Source: Candidatus Heimdallarchaeota archaeon
GTDB lineage: Archaea > Asgardarchaeota > Heimdallarchaeia > Hodarchaeales > Hodarchaeaceae
Length of the DNA: 64,000 nt
NCBI GenBank assembly: GCA_011364965.1
Contig: RDOB01000004.1
Coordinates: 197,003-261,002 of the forward strand
Reading direction: 5' to 3'
The notes under the pieces are model-generated. The model searched no databases. It worked only from the letters and a program-made list of their open reading frames with translations, and was not told the origin of the DNA. Positions 10,758 through 21,331 of the stretch are shown one piece after another; within the stretch, counting starts at the first letter, position 1; each line of letters opens with the position of its first letter. A program made the translations under genes and the position numbers.

Positions 10758-11170
10758 TTTGGCATTTCCTCATTTGGAAGTTTGATTTAGAACCCTTACT
10801 GTCTAATATATGTCCATTCATTGGTCTGTTTAACGAACCCACTTAATACCTAACAATATTTTCAATCTTACAAGTGCTTTATTGTACTTTTCTATACCTA
10901 GAATAGGTTGAAAGGTCCCTGTATCGTCTTATTTCAGGATGTACTAGAAATCTTAGAATATAAGAACTCCCCTCAGTATAAATAAAAGAAAATTCTTCTT
11001 ATTCCAGAGTTCAGGGAAATTTTGAACATAGAAATAAGAAAAAAGCTCTTGTACTATAATGAGAAGATTTTCTATAGGGGATAGAAGATTTAAATATACT
11101 CCAGTACGAAAAAATTTTGTCTTTTCCGATTTATAATTATTTTGAATGAGAGGAAAATAGGAAATATGAT
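10758..11170. other. AT-rich intergenic region, candidate replication origin
   Basis: 413 bp non-coding between cdc6 and gins-mcm; weak mini-ORB-like words TTCCAGAG (about 11002) and CTCCAGTACGAAA (about 11099). Confidence 0.3.
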
Positions 11171-12391
11171 CTATTCTTTCTCAAACCTTTTTGAAATAAA
11201 AACTTCAATCCGCTCTATCAAAACTGCTGCTGGAACGTCATGAATGGTTAATCTCGCACGTACGCCCTTTCGACCTTTAACTCCTTTTGTAACTTTTCCT
11301 AAAATCCCTATTGTTTCTAAGGTTGCCAGATAGTTACGAAATGCAGCTTCTCCATTTGGTCGGACATTCCATTCTTCACATATAATTCTATAATTTTTAA
11401 AAGAATGCTCAATTGTCGTTGCGGTGATACCTTTATGATGTAATCTTCTTGCAATACTTAATGCTGCAAAAAGCTCATGAGTGTTTAGCTCTTCTAAAAT
11501 ATCAGCCCTCATTTCGGGAAATACATCATTTTTCGCTCTGCGAATAAGCTCTGGTGTTAATTCATCCATTCTTCTTTGATCTGCTGCTCGTCCTGCCCGA
11601 TAGAGTGTTTCTATCCCATGACGAAGGTTTTTTGTTTGATCAGATATCTCTGCAACCATATCAATAATATCTTCTGAGATGGCTGAACTCTTAAATGCTA
11701 AACTAGAACGATAATTGAATATCTCACGTGTTTCATCATAAGAATAAGGATGAAATTGTAGAACATCAGCTATTCTCTGGGATACCATTGAGGAAAGAGT
11801 TACTTTCCATTCGGTTGGTCGACTAATCATAATCAAGGATATCCTGTGTTCAGACCCGAATTCTTCAGGGAGATGAATAAATCCCCGAATGTCCTTCTGG
11901 GGTAACACACTTACTTCATCCAAAATTAATATCAAATAGGCCTGTTCAGAATTCAATCTACGAATTAATATGTCTGTAGATTCCTCATCACTGAAACCTC
12001 GACTCGCTACTCCAAACTGATCCCGTAAAAAACTTCGTAATATTGAGGTTTTAGTTCTAGCAGTCCAGCAATTCTTATAATCAGTATATAACTTAATATG
12101 ATATTTCATAGCCATGGATTGAAGATGTTCTACAGTATATCTAGCTGTGACTGTTTTACCTACTCCTGCAGGACCAGTAAGGGCAATATTAGTAGAAAAA
12201 CCTTCAGTTCCTCCTTTCTCTGATAAAAATAGAGGGCGAAAATTTTGAGATATTCTTCTAATTACATCCTCTCTATATTTTAAATTTTCGGGAATATAGA
12301 ATTGATTGAGAGTTCTTTCTCCTCCATGTTTGAAAACGGAGGATGAAAATAGGGCATCTTGAATAATATCCTCAGAATTCCTTTCACTCAT
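11171..12391 (-). CDS. cdc6: Orc1/Cdc6 family replication initiator
   Basis: Walker A GPAGVGKT, Walker B ILDEV, YIPENLKYRE, C-terminal winged helix (YLATLETIGIL...GRKG). Confidence 0.93.
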   Translation of the reverse strand: MSERNSEDIIQDALFSSSVFKHGGERTLNQFYIPENLKYREDVIRRISQNFRPLFLSEKGGTEGFSTNIALTGPAGVGKTVTARYTVEHLQSMAMKYHIKLYTDYKNCWTARTKTSILRSFLRDQFGVASRGFSDEESTDILIRRLNSEQAYLILILDEVSVLPQKDIRGFIHLPEEFGSEHRISLIMISRPTEWKVTLSSMVSQRIADVLQFHPYSYDETREIFNYRSSLAFKSSAISEDIIDMVAEISDQTKNLRHGIETLYRAGRAADQRRMDELTPELIRRAKNDVFPEMRADILEELNTHELFAALSIARRLHHKGITATTIEHSFKNYRIICEEWNVRPNGEAAFRNYLATLETIGILGKVTKGVKGRKGVRARLTIHDVPAAVLIERIEVFISKRFEKE

Positions 12392-12536
12392 GCTTTATTA
12401 TCCCTCAAGGTGAGAGAGTTTAGCTCTAGGGAGCTAACACAATTTAACCGATAAGTTAAACACGAAAATATATTTACTAACTACTTCTAGGGTTACTTTT
12501 AAAGTCGTTAGTTAGGTCAAATAAATTAATTAATAA

Positions 12537-13727
12537 TTAATCACTATAGAATTGCTTGCAATTAGCCCAAACTCCTGTATCCCGTAATTCTTCTTTTAAT
12601 ATTTGTAAGTATTGTCTATTTGCTTCCTCCACTAGGGTATGCTGATCAATTTTTTTAGGATCAATAGGTTGATCTTTTATTTTCGCACTCACTCTAGTAT
12701 TAAATTTGTCTTTACAGTATTTAATCCATTCTAAGGGAGCATCGTCAGGTAAATCAAAACCAGCGACTCCAGCTAATGATGCTAACCAAACACGTGCAAC
12801 TGAATCTGGATTATAACCCCCCCCACCAAGCATTAATAATTTACCCCTTGCAGAGCAGTTATTCGTGAGTTCCTTAATTCTTTGGCCAAGATAGTTATAT
12901 AATTCAGTCGATAAAGCAAGATTCCCAAGAAGATCACGAAAATGACCATCAGCCCCACATTGCCAAACAACAAACTGAGGATCAAATTCCTTCCATAAAC
13001 AGGGTACGATTTCTTCAAATATCTCAATATAGAGTTTATCCCATGTTCCTGGAAATAGAGGAATATTAACACTATAGCCTATCCCTTCACCTTCTCCAAT
13101 CTCGTTGGAGAATCCTGTACCTGGAAAAATAAACTGAGGAGATTCATGAATCGAAATTCCAAGAACTCCTCTTTCTCTATAAAACGCATCTAATACTCCA
13201 TCTCCTGCATGCACATCAGTGTCTATATAGAGGATTCTTTCAATATTATATTCTTGTTGAAGATATTTTATCCCAATCACAACATCATTATAGTAACAAA
13301 AACCAGCAGCACGTTCTGGAAACGCATGATGAAGTCCAGCCATCATTGAAAAAGCATGATCAACATCTCCATCTAAAATTCGTTTTGCTCCTTCTAATGT
13401 TCCACCTACAATCAGTTGAGACGATTCATGCATTCTGGGGAAAACGGGGCAGTCTCCTCCTCCTAATCCTAATCTCGGACGAGAACCATCTCCAATTATA
13501 GACAATGCTTTCATTGCTTCAAGGTATAAGGGAGTATGAAAGCGCAAAATATCAGAATCAGATGCGGGAGAAGGAATAAACTCTTGAAGATTTGGGAAAT
13601 CTAAGCTTTTTAGCAGCTTGTAGGGGATTAGTAATCTTCGTGGGTTCATTGGATGCTCATCCCCTAAATTATATTCTGCGTATTCATCGCTCCAAATAAT
13701 TCCAGTTTTCACCATTTCTTTTACCAC
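12537..13727 (-). CDS. Histone deacetylase / AcuC family Zn-dependent deacetylase
   Basis: HPMNPRR, GLHHA, GFCYYND, DTDVHAGDG, FPGTG, GADGH, LGGGGY. Confidence 0.93.
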   Translation of the reverse strand: MVKEMVKTGIIWSDEYAEYNLGDEHPMNPRRLLIPYKLLKSLDFPNLQEFIPSPASDSDILRFHTPLYLEAMKALSIIGDGSRPRLGLGGGDCPVFPRMHESSQLIVGGTLEGAKRILDGDVDHAFSMMAGLHHAFPERAAGFCYYNDVVIGIKYLQQEYNIERILYIDTDVHAGDGVLDAFYRERGVLGISIHESPQFIFPGTGFSNEIGEGEGIGYSVNIPLFPGTWDKLYIEIFEEIVPCLWKEFDPQFVVWQCGADGHFRDLLGNLALSTELYNYLGQRIKELTNNCSARGKLLMLGGGGYNPDSVARVWLASLAGVAGFDLPDDAPLEWIKYCKDKFNTRVSAKIKDQPIDPKKIDQHTLVEEANRQYLQILKEELRDTGVWANCKQFYSD

Positions 13728-13926
13728 TTTAAGATTTAGAAAGCCCGGAGATGTCTTAAGATTCTGCGAATTCTCTCAATACGGTCCCCGTTAACAGCTT
13801 AATATCTGTTCTATTTCGAGAATCAGGAATTAACAAATAATGAGTTAATCTTTTAAATCGCTACAATCATAAATATAATTCGAGAATATTCAATACTAGC
13901 AATAAAATTAAGGGAATTTCATAATC

Positions 13927-14511
13927 ATGTCGAAAAAGAATGCAAAAATTAGTGTTTTAGGCTTAGATAGAGCAGGCAAAACCACTATGTTACAAAGGTT
14001 AAAAACTGGCAGATGGATACCTGACACGACTCCTACTATTGGGATGAATGCAGAAACTATTCAGATTGGTGATGTGACTTTCTCTGCTTGGGATCTTGGG
14101 GGACAACTTCAATTTAGAAGAGCTCTATGGGAGATGTATACTAAAAATTCAGCAGGATTGATCTATGTTGTTGATGTGAGCGATGCCAGTCGTTACCCAG
14201 AGGCTAGGAATAATTTATGGCGCATGTTACGAATGAATCATCTTAAGGATATACCTCTTGCGATTTTTGCTAATAAAGTGGATTTAGTTGATTGTACAGA
14301 AGAAGATTTAGCTAATTTTATGGGTATTAACAAAAAAATGAGTCGAGTTCTTAATATCTTTAAAACAAGTGCTAAAACTGGTGAAGGAATTCGTAAGGGA
14401 ATATATTGGTTAGCTGACGCGATCGAGGAAGGAAAACAAACGAAGATGGACATGTACCAGACCAAATTACTATTTGGTAGGACCTCGACTATTATAGGTC
14501 TAGAAATCTAG
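13927..14511 (+). CDS. Arf-family small GTPase
   Basis: G1 GLDRAGKTT, switch I TPTIG, G3 WDLGGQ, G4 NKVD, G5 SAK. Confidence 0.93.
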   Translation: MSKKNAKISVLGLDRAGKTTMLQRLKTGRWIPDTTPTIGMNAETIQIGDVTFSAWDLGGQLQFRRALWEMYTKNSAGLIYVVDVSDASRYPEARNNLWRMLRMNHLKDIPLAIFANKVDLVDCTEEDLANFMGINKKMSRVLNIFKTSAKTGEGIRKGIYWLADAIEEGKQTKMDMYQTKLLFGRTSTIIGLEI

Positions 14512-15267
14512 CTATATCCCAACTTTTATTCTTGTAATGTTGATCGCATGTTCGATCAACTCTTTGTCTTCTTTATAGAAGTGTTCTTCATCTTTTCGGA
14601 GCCATTTTTCAGCTTGGATCGCAAAAGACGCGTTCTTTACTAAATATGCTTTTAATAGTAATTTAGTTCCTTGAAAAATGAAGCTTTCAGTAATAGATTT
14701 AGGAAGCATCCCTGCTAATTCTGCCATCAAATGCGAAGCCTCAAAAACATCATTCCCTAAAAATCTACATAAAATCGCGCAGGAATAATTCAATGAAGCG
14801 TTAATTAGGAAATTCATCTCTAAATGTTTCTCGCCTGCAGCAAGATAATCTTTGCAGGCATTCTGGTACTGCTCAGTTATCTCTTTCATGGTCTCTTTTG
14901 GAGGATGTGGTTCCTTGGGGACAGCTTCAAGAAACGCAGATCCAAAATCAGAGTTCCGTAGCTCTTCAAGAATTTCAGAGGTTATATTTTCTTTGTATAA
15001 ATAAGAATTATCACTGAATGGGGATTTGAGGGGACTCTCAGGAATGGGAGGGCGTACTAATAGATTTTCAGGAAAGGCAGGGGGCGGAGATGGAAGAACT
15101 GGTGGCAAATTTGAATTTTTTTCTGTATTAGTTTCTCCTGTACGAGGAGGGGAAGAGGAGGAGAAAAAATTAGGTCTACGAAGATCAGATTTTGATATAT
15201 CGTCAAGAGAGGGAGGAACTGGGAGATTAGAAATTTCCTCTTTCTTTTTCTGTTTTGTTGGGGGCAT
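14512..15267 (-). CDS. Hypothetical protein with proline-rich N-terminus and helical (TPR/SNAP-like) C-terminus
   Basis: LPPVLPSPPPAFP and RPPIP tracts; C-terminal ACKDYLAAGEKHL...ASLNYSCAILC helical pairs. Confidence 0.7.
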   Translation of the reverse strand: MPPTKQKKKEEISNLPVPPSLDDISKSDLRRPNFFSSSSPPRTGETNTEKNSNLPPVLPSPPPAFPENLLVRPPIPESPLKSPFSDNSYLYKENITSEILEELRNSDFGSAFLEAVPKEPHPPKETMKEITEQYQNACKDYLAAGEKHLEMNFLINASLNYSCAILCRFLGNDVFEASHLMAELAGMLPKSITESFIFQGTKLLLKAYLVKNASFAIQAEKWLRKDEEHFYKEDKELIEHAINITRIKVGI

Positions 15268-15400
15268 CTTTATCTATCCCTCTAAAAAGAGAAAATGATC
15301 CAGCACAGTCAACTAGAATTCATACTCAATGGAGTTTAAAAAGACTTTCAAGTTGATCAATTTTATCCCTTATTCTAAAAGGGGATTGATGATGAGCTAG

Positions 15401-15976
15401 ATGGAAGTCGAAATAAAGATCCCTCTCAAAGAGTATTTTCTGACGTACTCAGATGCGGTTTTTTATTTTACAGAAACCCTCGGTTCTCCATCAGAAGATC
15501 TGTATCAAAAAGATACATATTTTCAAAGCCCTATACATAATTTTTGGCAAACAGATGAAGCTTTTAGGTTAAGAGAAACCCAAGTTAGCTCAGGGTCAGA
15601 AAAAATTGAAATGACTTATAAAGGAGCAAAAATAGGGCAATCAATGAAGATAAGAGAAGAAACCACTGTTTTAATCTCAAATGCCAAGGATTTGAAAACA
15701 ATTCTGCACAAACTTGGTTTTACTTCCCATATTGTGGTTGAGAAGCAGCGGATAAACTGGGTAAGAGATAATTTCACTCTATCGTTAGATCAAGTGAAGG
15801 ATCTAGGTATCTTTTTAGAATTAGAAGCCACTATTCCAAAAGAAGAAATAGATGAAAGAATAACAGATATCTTTCAGAAAAAAGTTCAAGAAATATTACC
15901 TTCATGGAATGGTAATGAAGACCGAAAGTCATATTTAGAACTGTTGATTACCAAAGAAGAGATTGATGAAGGATAG
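15401..15976 (+). CDS. cyaB: CYTH-domain protein (class IV adenylate cyclase CyaB-like)
   Basis: MEVEIK, QKDTYF, FRLR, TYKG, LGIFLELE, RKSYLEL. Confidence 0.9.
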   Translation: MEVEIKIPLKEYFLTYSDAVFYFTETLGSPSEDLYQKDTYFQSPIHNFWQTDEAFRLRETQVSSGSEKIEMTYKGAKIGQSMKIREETTVLISNAKDLKTILHKLGFTSHIVVEKQRINWVRDNFTLSLDQVKDLGIFLELEATIPKEEIDERITDIFQKKVQEILPSWNGNEDRKSYLELLITKEEIDEG

Positions 15977-16898
15977 AACCCAATTGGTCAACGGATCTAT
16001 GAATAAAGCATTTGTTGAAAGATGGGAGAAAATATACGGAGTTGAGCAGACAAAATTAATTATTAAGAGATTAAAAGGATCCGATCCAAAGATAATAACG
16101 CCTAATAAGTTGAAAATTAGCTTAATTGAGCTAAAAAATAGATTAATGCCAAGAGGATTTAAGTTCAAAGCTCTTCCGCAATGGAATTCTTTGATTGTAA
16201 GATATGAGCCCTTTAGCATTGTCTCGAGTCTGGAATATTTATCAGGATTATTCAGTATTCAAGCTCTAACTAGTCTGATTCCGCCACTGGTATTAGCTCC
16301 CAAGAGTAATTCTGTCGTTGGGGATCTCTCTGCGGCCCCAGGAATAAAAACTTGTTTACTTGCTCAAGAAATGGAGAACACAGGGATCTTGATAGCTATA
16401 GAGAAATCGAAACACCGACTGTCTGCTTTGAAATCTAATATTACTCGAATGGGGGTACTAAACTCCATAATTCTGCATTATGACTCAACCAGATTAAGTA
16501 AATTGTCACTAAAATTTGATCACATCTTACTTGATGCCCCTTGTTCTGGAACTGGATTAAAACTAAGTAAAGATAAACGAATGTCTCCTAAAACAATTAA
16601 GGATATAGGAAAACATACTAGGATTCAAAATACATTACTAGAGAACGCATGGATGACCTTAAAAGATGAAGGTACCCTTGTATACTCAGTATGTAGCTTA
16701 GAGCCAGAGGAGGGAGAAATTCAGGTCGATAAATTCCTAGATCAACATCCAGAAGCTAAAATTCTTGCTTTACCCATCGAGGAAGGAGAATCTAGAGAAG
16801 GATTAGCTGATATTAAACCTGATCTTAGGAATACTCGCAGGTTTTTTCCACAACCAGGTTATGATGGGTTTTTCCTTGCTTTATTACAGAAGGGCTGA
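15963..16898 (+). CDS. Nop2/NOL1/RsmB family RNA m5C methyltransferase
   Basis: DLSAAPGIKT, ILLDAPCSGTG, LVYSVCSLEPEEGE, DGFF. Confidence 0.93.
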   Translation: MMKDRTQLVNGSMNKAFVERWEKIYGVEQTKLIIKRLKGSDPKIITPNKLKISLIELKNRLMPRGFKFKALPQWNSLIVRYEPFSIVSSLEYLSGLFSIQALTSLIPPLVLAPKSNSVVGDLSAAPGIKTCLLAQEMENTGILIAIEKSKHRLSALKSNITRMGVLNSIILHYDSTRLSKLSLKFDHILLDAPCSGTGLKLSKDKRMSPKTIKDIGKHTRIQNTLLENAWMTLKDEGTLVYSVCSLEPEEGEIQVDKFLDQHPEAKILALPIEEGESREGLADIKPDLRNTRRFFPQPGYDGFFLALLQKG

Positions 16899-16901
16899 CC
16901 T

Positions 16902-17450
16902 TTGAGGATAGGATTACTTACTAAATTAGAGATTGAGGAGGTAACAAATACTATAAACAAAGTAGCAGGACTAGAAATAATGGAAAATCTTTTAAGAACA
17001 GGAATTTTAGTTAAATTATCCAAACAAAGGCAGGGGGTTTTTTTGCTTGATTCAGGGAAACAGGAAATCTGGGAACATCTTAACTCTTTTTTAGAAAAAG
17101 GTGAGGGAGAAGCAGTTCATGTGGGATTGAAACTAGGATTCATCATTTCTGGGAAATTTCGGATTGGAATAGAATCATTGGCTTTTCTAGCTCCATTAAT
17201 AAGCAGAAAACTGATTTTAGATGAAAATCAAACGCAAAAATATATTTATGGAAGAAATCTCATTCCATCAAGTGAAAATCTAAGGAGCCAAGTTATAAAA
17301 CTGCATCAAGAATATCCAGTAGTTATGGTATTCTCACAAGAAGGCATTCCTATCGGATACGCAAGAATAATCTGGAAAAATAGAGTGTTCGTTATTCAGA
17401 ATCTGGTGGATATCGGAATTTTTCTCCGCTCAGAAAAAAGTGCATTTTAA
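16902..17450 (+). CDS. Nip7-like PUA-domain protein
   Basis: GLKLG, KYIYGRNL, PIGYA, NLVDIGIFLRSE (Nip7-type C-terminal DxGxxLR); follows nop2. Confidence 0.75.
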   Translation: MRIGLLTKLEIEEVTNTINKVAGLEIMENLLRTGILVKLSKQRQGVFLLDSGKQEIWEHLNSFLEKGEGEAVHVGLKLGFIISGKFRIGIESLAFLAPLISRKLILDENQTQKYIYGRNLIPSSENLRSQVIKLHQEYPVVMVFSQEGIPIGYARIIWKNRVFVIQNLVDIGIFLRSEKSAF

Positions 17451-17484
17451 TGCCAGAAAAAGATTAAAAATTGTAATAGAAATT

Positions 17485-17860
17485 AGGGCATTGCTCCAGA
17501 GAGTAATCCAGCTTCTGTTCGCAGTTTAAGGGTTACCCCAGTGACTGTTTCTGACATCAATCTAAGCGCTGTCTCCATTGTCTAATAAAAGACAATATTC
17601 TAGCTTGCATTCACTGAGGATGCTCGTTTCATCGTTCCCTTGTTCGTCCTCTGATGATTAACTCATCAACTGTTACCAGTGATTTCACATCGTCATTGCC
17701 ATATAAACAAGGACGTTTCGTTTCTGTAGCAGGGCCCAACCTCTCGATTGACAACAAGATAAATCGATGACGATTTAATTTGTTGTTCAGCTTTAATGAA
17801 TGGCCGGAATTTCCTCAGGTTCTATAAAGAACCCGTAGTCAGACTTCTGGGACAAGCCCA
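17485..17860 (-). ncRNA. rnpB: RNase P RNA
   Basis: Minus strand has CUGAGGAAAUUCCGGCC near the 5' end and GAACAGAAGCUGGAUUAC near the 3' end, forming P4 with the bulged U; 5' GGGCUUGUCCCAGA pairs with 3' UCUGGAGCAAUGCCC (P1). Confidence 0.9.
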
Positions 17861-17880
17861 TGTTTTTTAGGTTGCTGGAA

Positions 17881-17894
17881 TATTTAAACTTTTT
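17881..17894 (-). promoter_or_regulatory. BRE/TATA promoter of the RNase P RNA
   Basis: AAAAAGTTTAAATA about 21-34 nt upstream of the predicted 5' end. Confidence 0.6.
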
Positions 17895-18358
17895 CAGAAG
17901 CTATGATTTCTGAAAAGCAATCCTTTGAATAGTCAATCAATACAGAATAACTTGTTCTAAACTTTCCATTGCGTGTCGATTATCACTCTTATTTCAGTCT
18001 TATTTGAATAGATGATGATCTTTTCTACAACAGGAAATGAATAGTTTATTCAAAAGTTCGGAACAGTCCCCAACCTAACTTTATATTGGTAGGACTCATG
18101 TTTTGTGGTGTAATTAGCTTAATTGTTATCATTCTCATTATTGATAAAAAACAATGAAGCAATTTTCCTGAACCAAACTTTAAAGCATCTCATTATGCTT
18201 GTTATATTTATAGAAACCTAATTCTGGAGAAAAACTTGTACTATCAATAATTGGTATAATATTAAGGTTGGATTAGTTATGAATAAGTTGTCTTAAGGTT
18301 TTTAATCAAAACTGTTTTCCTCGTATTTGCGTTAAATCGTGTGGAGTCTCTTGTAAAA

Positions 18359-20197
18359 ATGCGAATAGTTGTCTTGAATAAGGATAAATGCAAACCTAAA
18401 AAGTGTGTCAAAGAATGCAGAGGATCATGTCCTGTGGTGCGCTCAGGTACGGAAATGTTTGAATTTGAAACCTCTGAGTCCCAACCAATTATCCATGAAA
18501 ATTTTTGTACGGGTTGTGGTATTTGTCCTAGGATATGTCGATTTCATGCTTTAACTATCATCAATACTCCAGAAAGATTGGATCAGGAGTTGACTCATAG
18601 CTTTGGGAGGAATAGTTTTCATTTATTCCGTTTACCATTGGTTAAACCAGGCAGTGTAAATGGATTTGTAGGACAAAACGGCATTGGAAAATCCACCGCT
18701 CTTAAAATCCTTTCAGGAGATTTAATCCCGAACTTTGGCGATCATGATGTTCCAGCTTCTTGGAATCGTGTTCGAGAATATTATAAAGGCACTGAACTGC
18801 AAAATTACTTTCAAAAAATGATGGATGAAGATATTAAATGTGTTAGAAAGCCTCAATATATAGACAACATTCCAAGGCTTGTTAAAGGATCAGTGCAGGA
18901 AGTTATAACCAAATTTGATGAACGCGGAGTAGCCACTGACCTAAAGGAGGAGCTTGCTCTTACAAAAATTTGGACACGAAATATCGATGTTTTATCAGGA
19001 GGGGAGTTACAAAAAGTAGCTATCGGGGTAGCAATGGCTAGAGAAGCAGATATTTATCTTTTTGACGAACCTTCATCTTTCCTAGATATCAACGAGCGTT
19101 TACGAACAGGAAAAGCCATTAGGCAACTAATAGAGAATAAAAAAACTGTAATTGTTGTAGAACATGATCTTGCGGTTCTTGATTACCTTTCTGATTATGT
19201 AACTATGTTTTATGGAGATCCGGGATCGTATGGAATAGTTTCACAAATCTATTCTGAGAAAGAAGGAATAAATGTGTTCCTAGATGGTTATATTCCTTCT
19301 GAAAATATGCGATTCCGAGATTATTCCATTTCTATAGAAAAATCAGCAGCTCGTGAAAAAAGAATTTCCTCTGACCCCATTCTAGAGTACAATGAATTAA
19401 CAAAAGTATTTCAGGAAGGGGATTTTTCTCTGAGTGTTCGAAGCGGAGTAATTCATCAGAATGAAATCATAGGCATTCTGGGGCCAAATGGTATAGGGAA
19501 AACAACCTTTATTAAAATGTTAGCAGGATTGGAACTTCCAACCAAAGGTACCGTTACTCATATAGAAAAAACTTCGAAAGATGAGACTGAAGAGGTCAAG
19601 GAGGAAACTAAAAAGCAGCTAAAAATCGCATATAAACCTCAATATATAGCAATTGATTCTGATTTAACAGTGGAAAATTATTTATTGAAGGAAGGAGGAG
19701 CGATTACAGCTATTCCTCAATTTAGAAGCGAAATTGTCCGTCCTTTCGGCATTGAAGGATTATTCGATCAACCTGTTAATAGATTAAGCGGAGGTGAACT
19801 TCAGAAAGTGGCAATAGTTGTAACTTTGGCCAAAGAGGCGGATTTATACTTATTTGATGAACCTTCAGCTTTCTTATCGATAGAAGACAGACTTAATGCA
19901 GCCAAATCCATTAGAAAAACTATTCAAAACAGAAATGCGGCTGCATTTGTTGTTGAACATGATATTGTAACTCAAGACTATGCAAGTGATCGAATTATAG
20001 TCTTTTTGGGAGATCCAGGTAAATTTGGAAGAGCTTATGCCCCCTCTGCCGTACGTACTGGAATGAATCGATTCCTTGGAAATATAAAAATCACTTTTCG
20101 TCGAGATCCCCGATCTGGTAGACCTCGTGTTAATAAATTAGACTCGAAACTTGATCGTCAACAAAAAAGTCAGGGCGAATATTACTATGAGAAATAA
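18359..20197 (+). CDS. rli: ABCE1/RLI1 ribosome-recycling ATPase
   Basis: N-terminal FeS domain CKPKKC...CPV...CTGCGIC; two ABC cassettes (GQNGIGKS, GPNGIGKT, LSGGELQ); GRPRVNK; ATG at 18359. Confidence 0.97.
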   Translation: MRIVVLNKDKCKPKKCVKECRGSCPVVRSGTEMFEFETSESQPIIHENFCTGCGICPRICRFHALTIINTPERLDQELTHSFGRNSFHLFRLPLVKPGSVNGFVGQNGIGKSTALKILSGDLIPNFGDHDVPASWNRVREYYKGTELQNYFQKMMDEDIKCVRKPQYIDNIPRLVKGSVQEVITKFDERGVATDLKEELALTKIWTRNIDVLSGGELQKVAIGVAMAREADIYLFDEPSSFLDINERLRTGKAIRQLIENKKTVIVVEHDLAVLDYLSDYVTMFYGDPGSYGIVSQIYSEKEGINVFLDGYIPSENMRFRDYSISIEKSAAREKRISSDPILEYNELTKVFQEGDFSLSVRSGVIHQNEIIGILGPNGIGKTTFIKMLAGLELPTKGTVTHIEKTSKDETEEVKEETKKQLKIAYKPQYIAIDSDLTVENYLLKEGGAITAIPQFRSEIVRPFGIEGLFDQPVNRLSGGELQKVAIVVTLAKEADLYLFDEPSAFLSIEDRLNAAKSIRKTIQNRNAAAFVVEHDIVTQDYASDRIIVFLGDPGKFGRAYAPSAVRTGMNRFLGNIKITFRRDPRSGRPRVNKLDSKLDRQQKSQGEYYYEK

Positions 20198-20762
20198 GCC
20201 CCGTACAAAACCAAAAGTTATAATTTTCCATGCAAACCAATGTGATCGAAGAAAATGCACAGGGATAAAACTGTATCATTTCTTTACCCAAGGAAGATTC
20301 AAGACTATAAAGTCTCTTCGATTAGTTAAAAATTTTTCTCAAGTTCCCCGTTACTCTTTAATATTAAACCCTCTTTCCTCAACAATCCTTTCCTATATGG
20401 ATTTGCCAATTTATAATCAATCAGGTTTAACTGTATTAGATTGTTCGTGGAATCAAGCTGAAACGATTTTTGCTAAATCATTTCCCAACATGAGACGATT
20501 ACCAACCCTAGTGGCCGCTAATCCAGTAAATTATGGAAAAATCGGTAAATTATCCACTATAGAAGCACTTTCTGCTTCATTTTGGATTATGAGAGAGAAT
20601 GATATTGCAAGAGAGATATTGGAGGTATTTAGCTGGGGTGTACAATTTTTTGCCCTTAATATGGAATTATTAGAGGAGTATTCAGCTTCTAATACCAGCG
20701 ATGAAATCTTGATGAGGGAATCTGAATATTTTAATAGAGAAGCAGAAGTCAGATTTGACTAA
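20187..20762 (+). CDS. tsr3: Tsr3 rRNA aminocarboxypropyltransferase
   Basis: QCDRRKCTG, LDCSW, RRLPTLVAANPVNYGK, LSTIEA, FSWG. Confidence 0.93.
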   Translation: MRNKPRTKPKVIIFHANQCDRRKCTGIKLYHFFTQGRFKTIKSLRLVKNFSQVPRYSLILNPLSSTILSYMDLPIYNQSGLTVLDCSWNQAETIFAKSFPNMRRLPTLVAANPVNYGKIGKLSTIEALSASFWIMRENDIAREILEVFSWGVQFFALNMELLEEYSASNTSDEILMRESEYFNREAEVRFD

Positions 20763-20845
20763 AGAAACTATTAAGTTCAATATTCTATTCCCCTCCTGTT
20801 AGCCTAATACCTCGAGATAAAGTACATGATTGGAGTAATTTCCTG

Positions 20846-21313
20846 ATGACTGAAGATAAGCTGTTGAAAGTGACATTACTTGGTGTAAAACAGTCAGTTA
20901 AAGGAAATAAGTTTATTTTCATGGGAGAAACCGAAGAATGTCCTTCCTGCCGATTACAAGGAGCTTGTTTAAAATTAGAAAAAAATCGAGTTTATGAAGT
21001 AGCTAGTGTTCGGGATACAATACACTCCTGTGCTGTGTTTGAAGAGGGAGTTAGAACGGTGGAAATTTTTGAACCGATGTATATAATCTCCACGGGAGCA
21101 AAACTAGCTGTTGAAAGTGCAATATTTACATTTACTCCACGAGAATGTGATTTGATGGATTGTCCTCATTTTAACCATCATTGTCTTCCACCTTATCTGA
21201 AAGAGGGAGAAAAATTCAAAATTATTCAAGTTTTTGATACACAGGTCGAGTGCCAACAGGGATACAAATTAAAACTAGTAGAAGCTGAACGTACGAACAA
21301 TAATAATATATAA
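20846..21313 (+). CDS. UPF0179 family protein
   Basis: VTLLG...FIFMG..ECPSCRLQGAC..LEKNRVYEV...HSCAVFE pattern. Confidence 0.85.
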   Translation: MTEDKLLKVTLLGVKQSVKGNKFIFMGETEECPSCRLQGACLKLEKNRVYEVASVRDTIHSCAVFEEGVRTVEIFEPMYIISTGAKLAVESAIFTFTPRECDLMDCPHFNHHCLPPYLKEGEKFKIIQVFDTQVECQQGYKLKLVEAERTNNNNI

Positions 21314-21331
21314 ACTCTTTGAGGGAATAAT

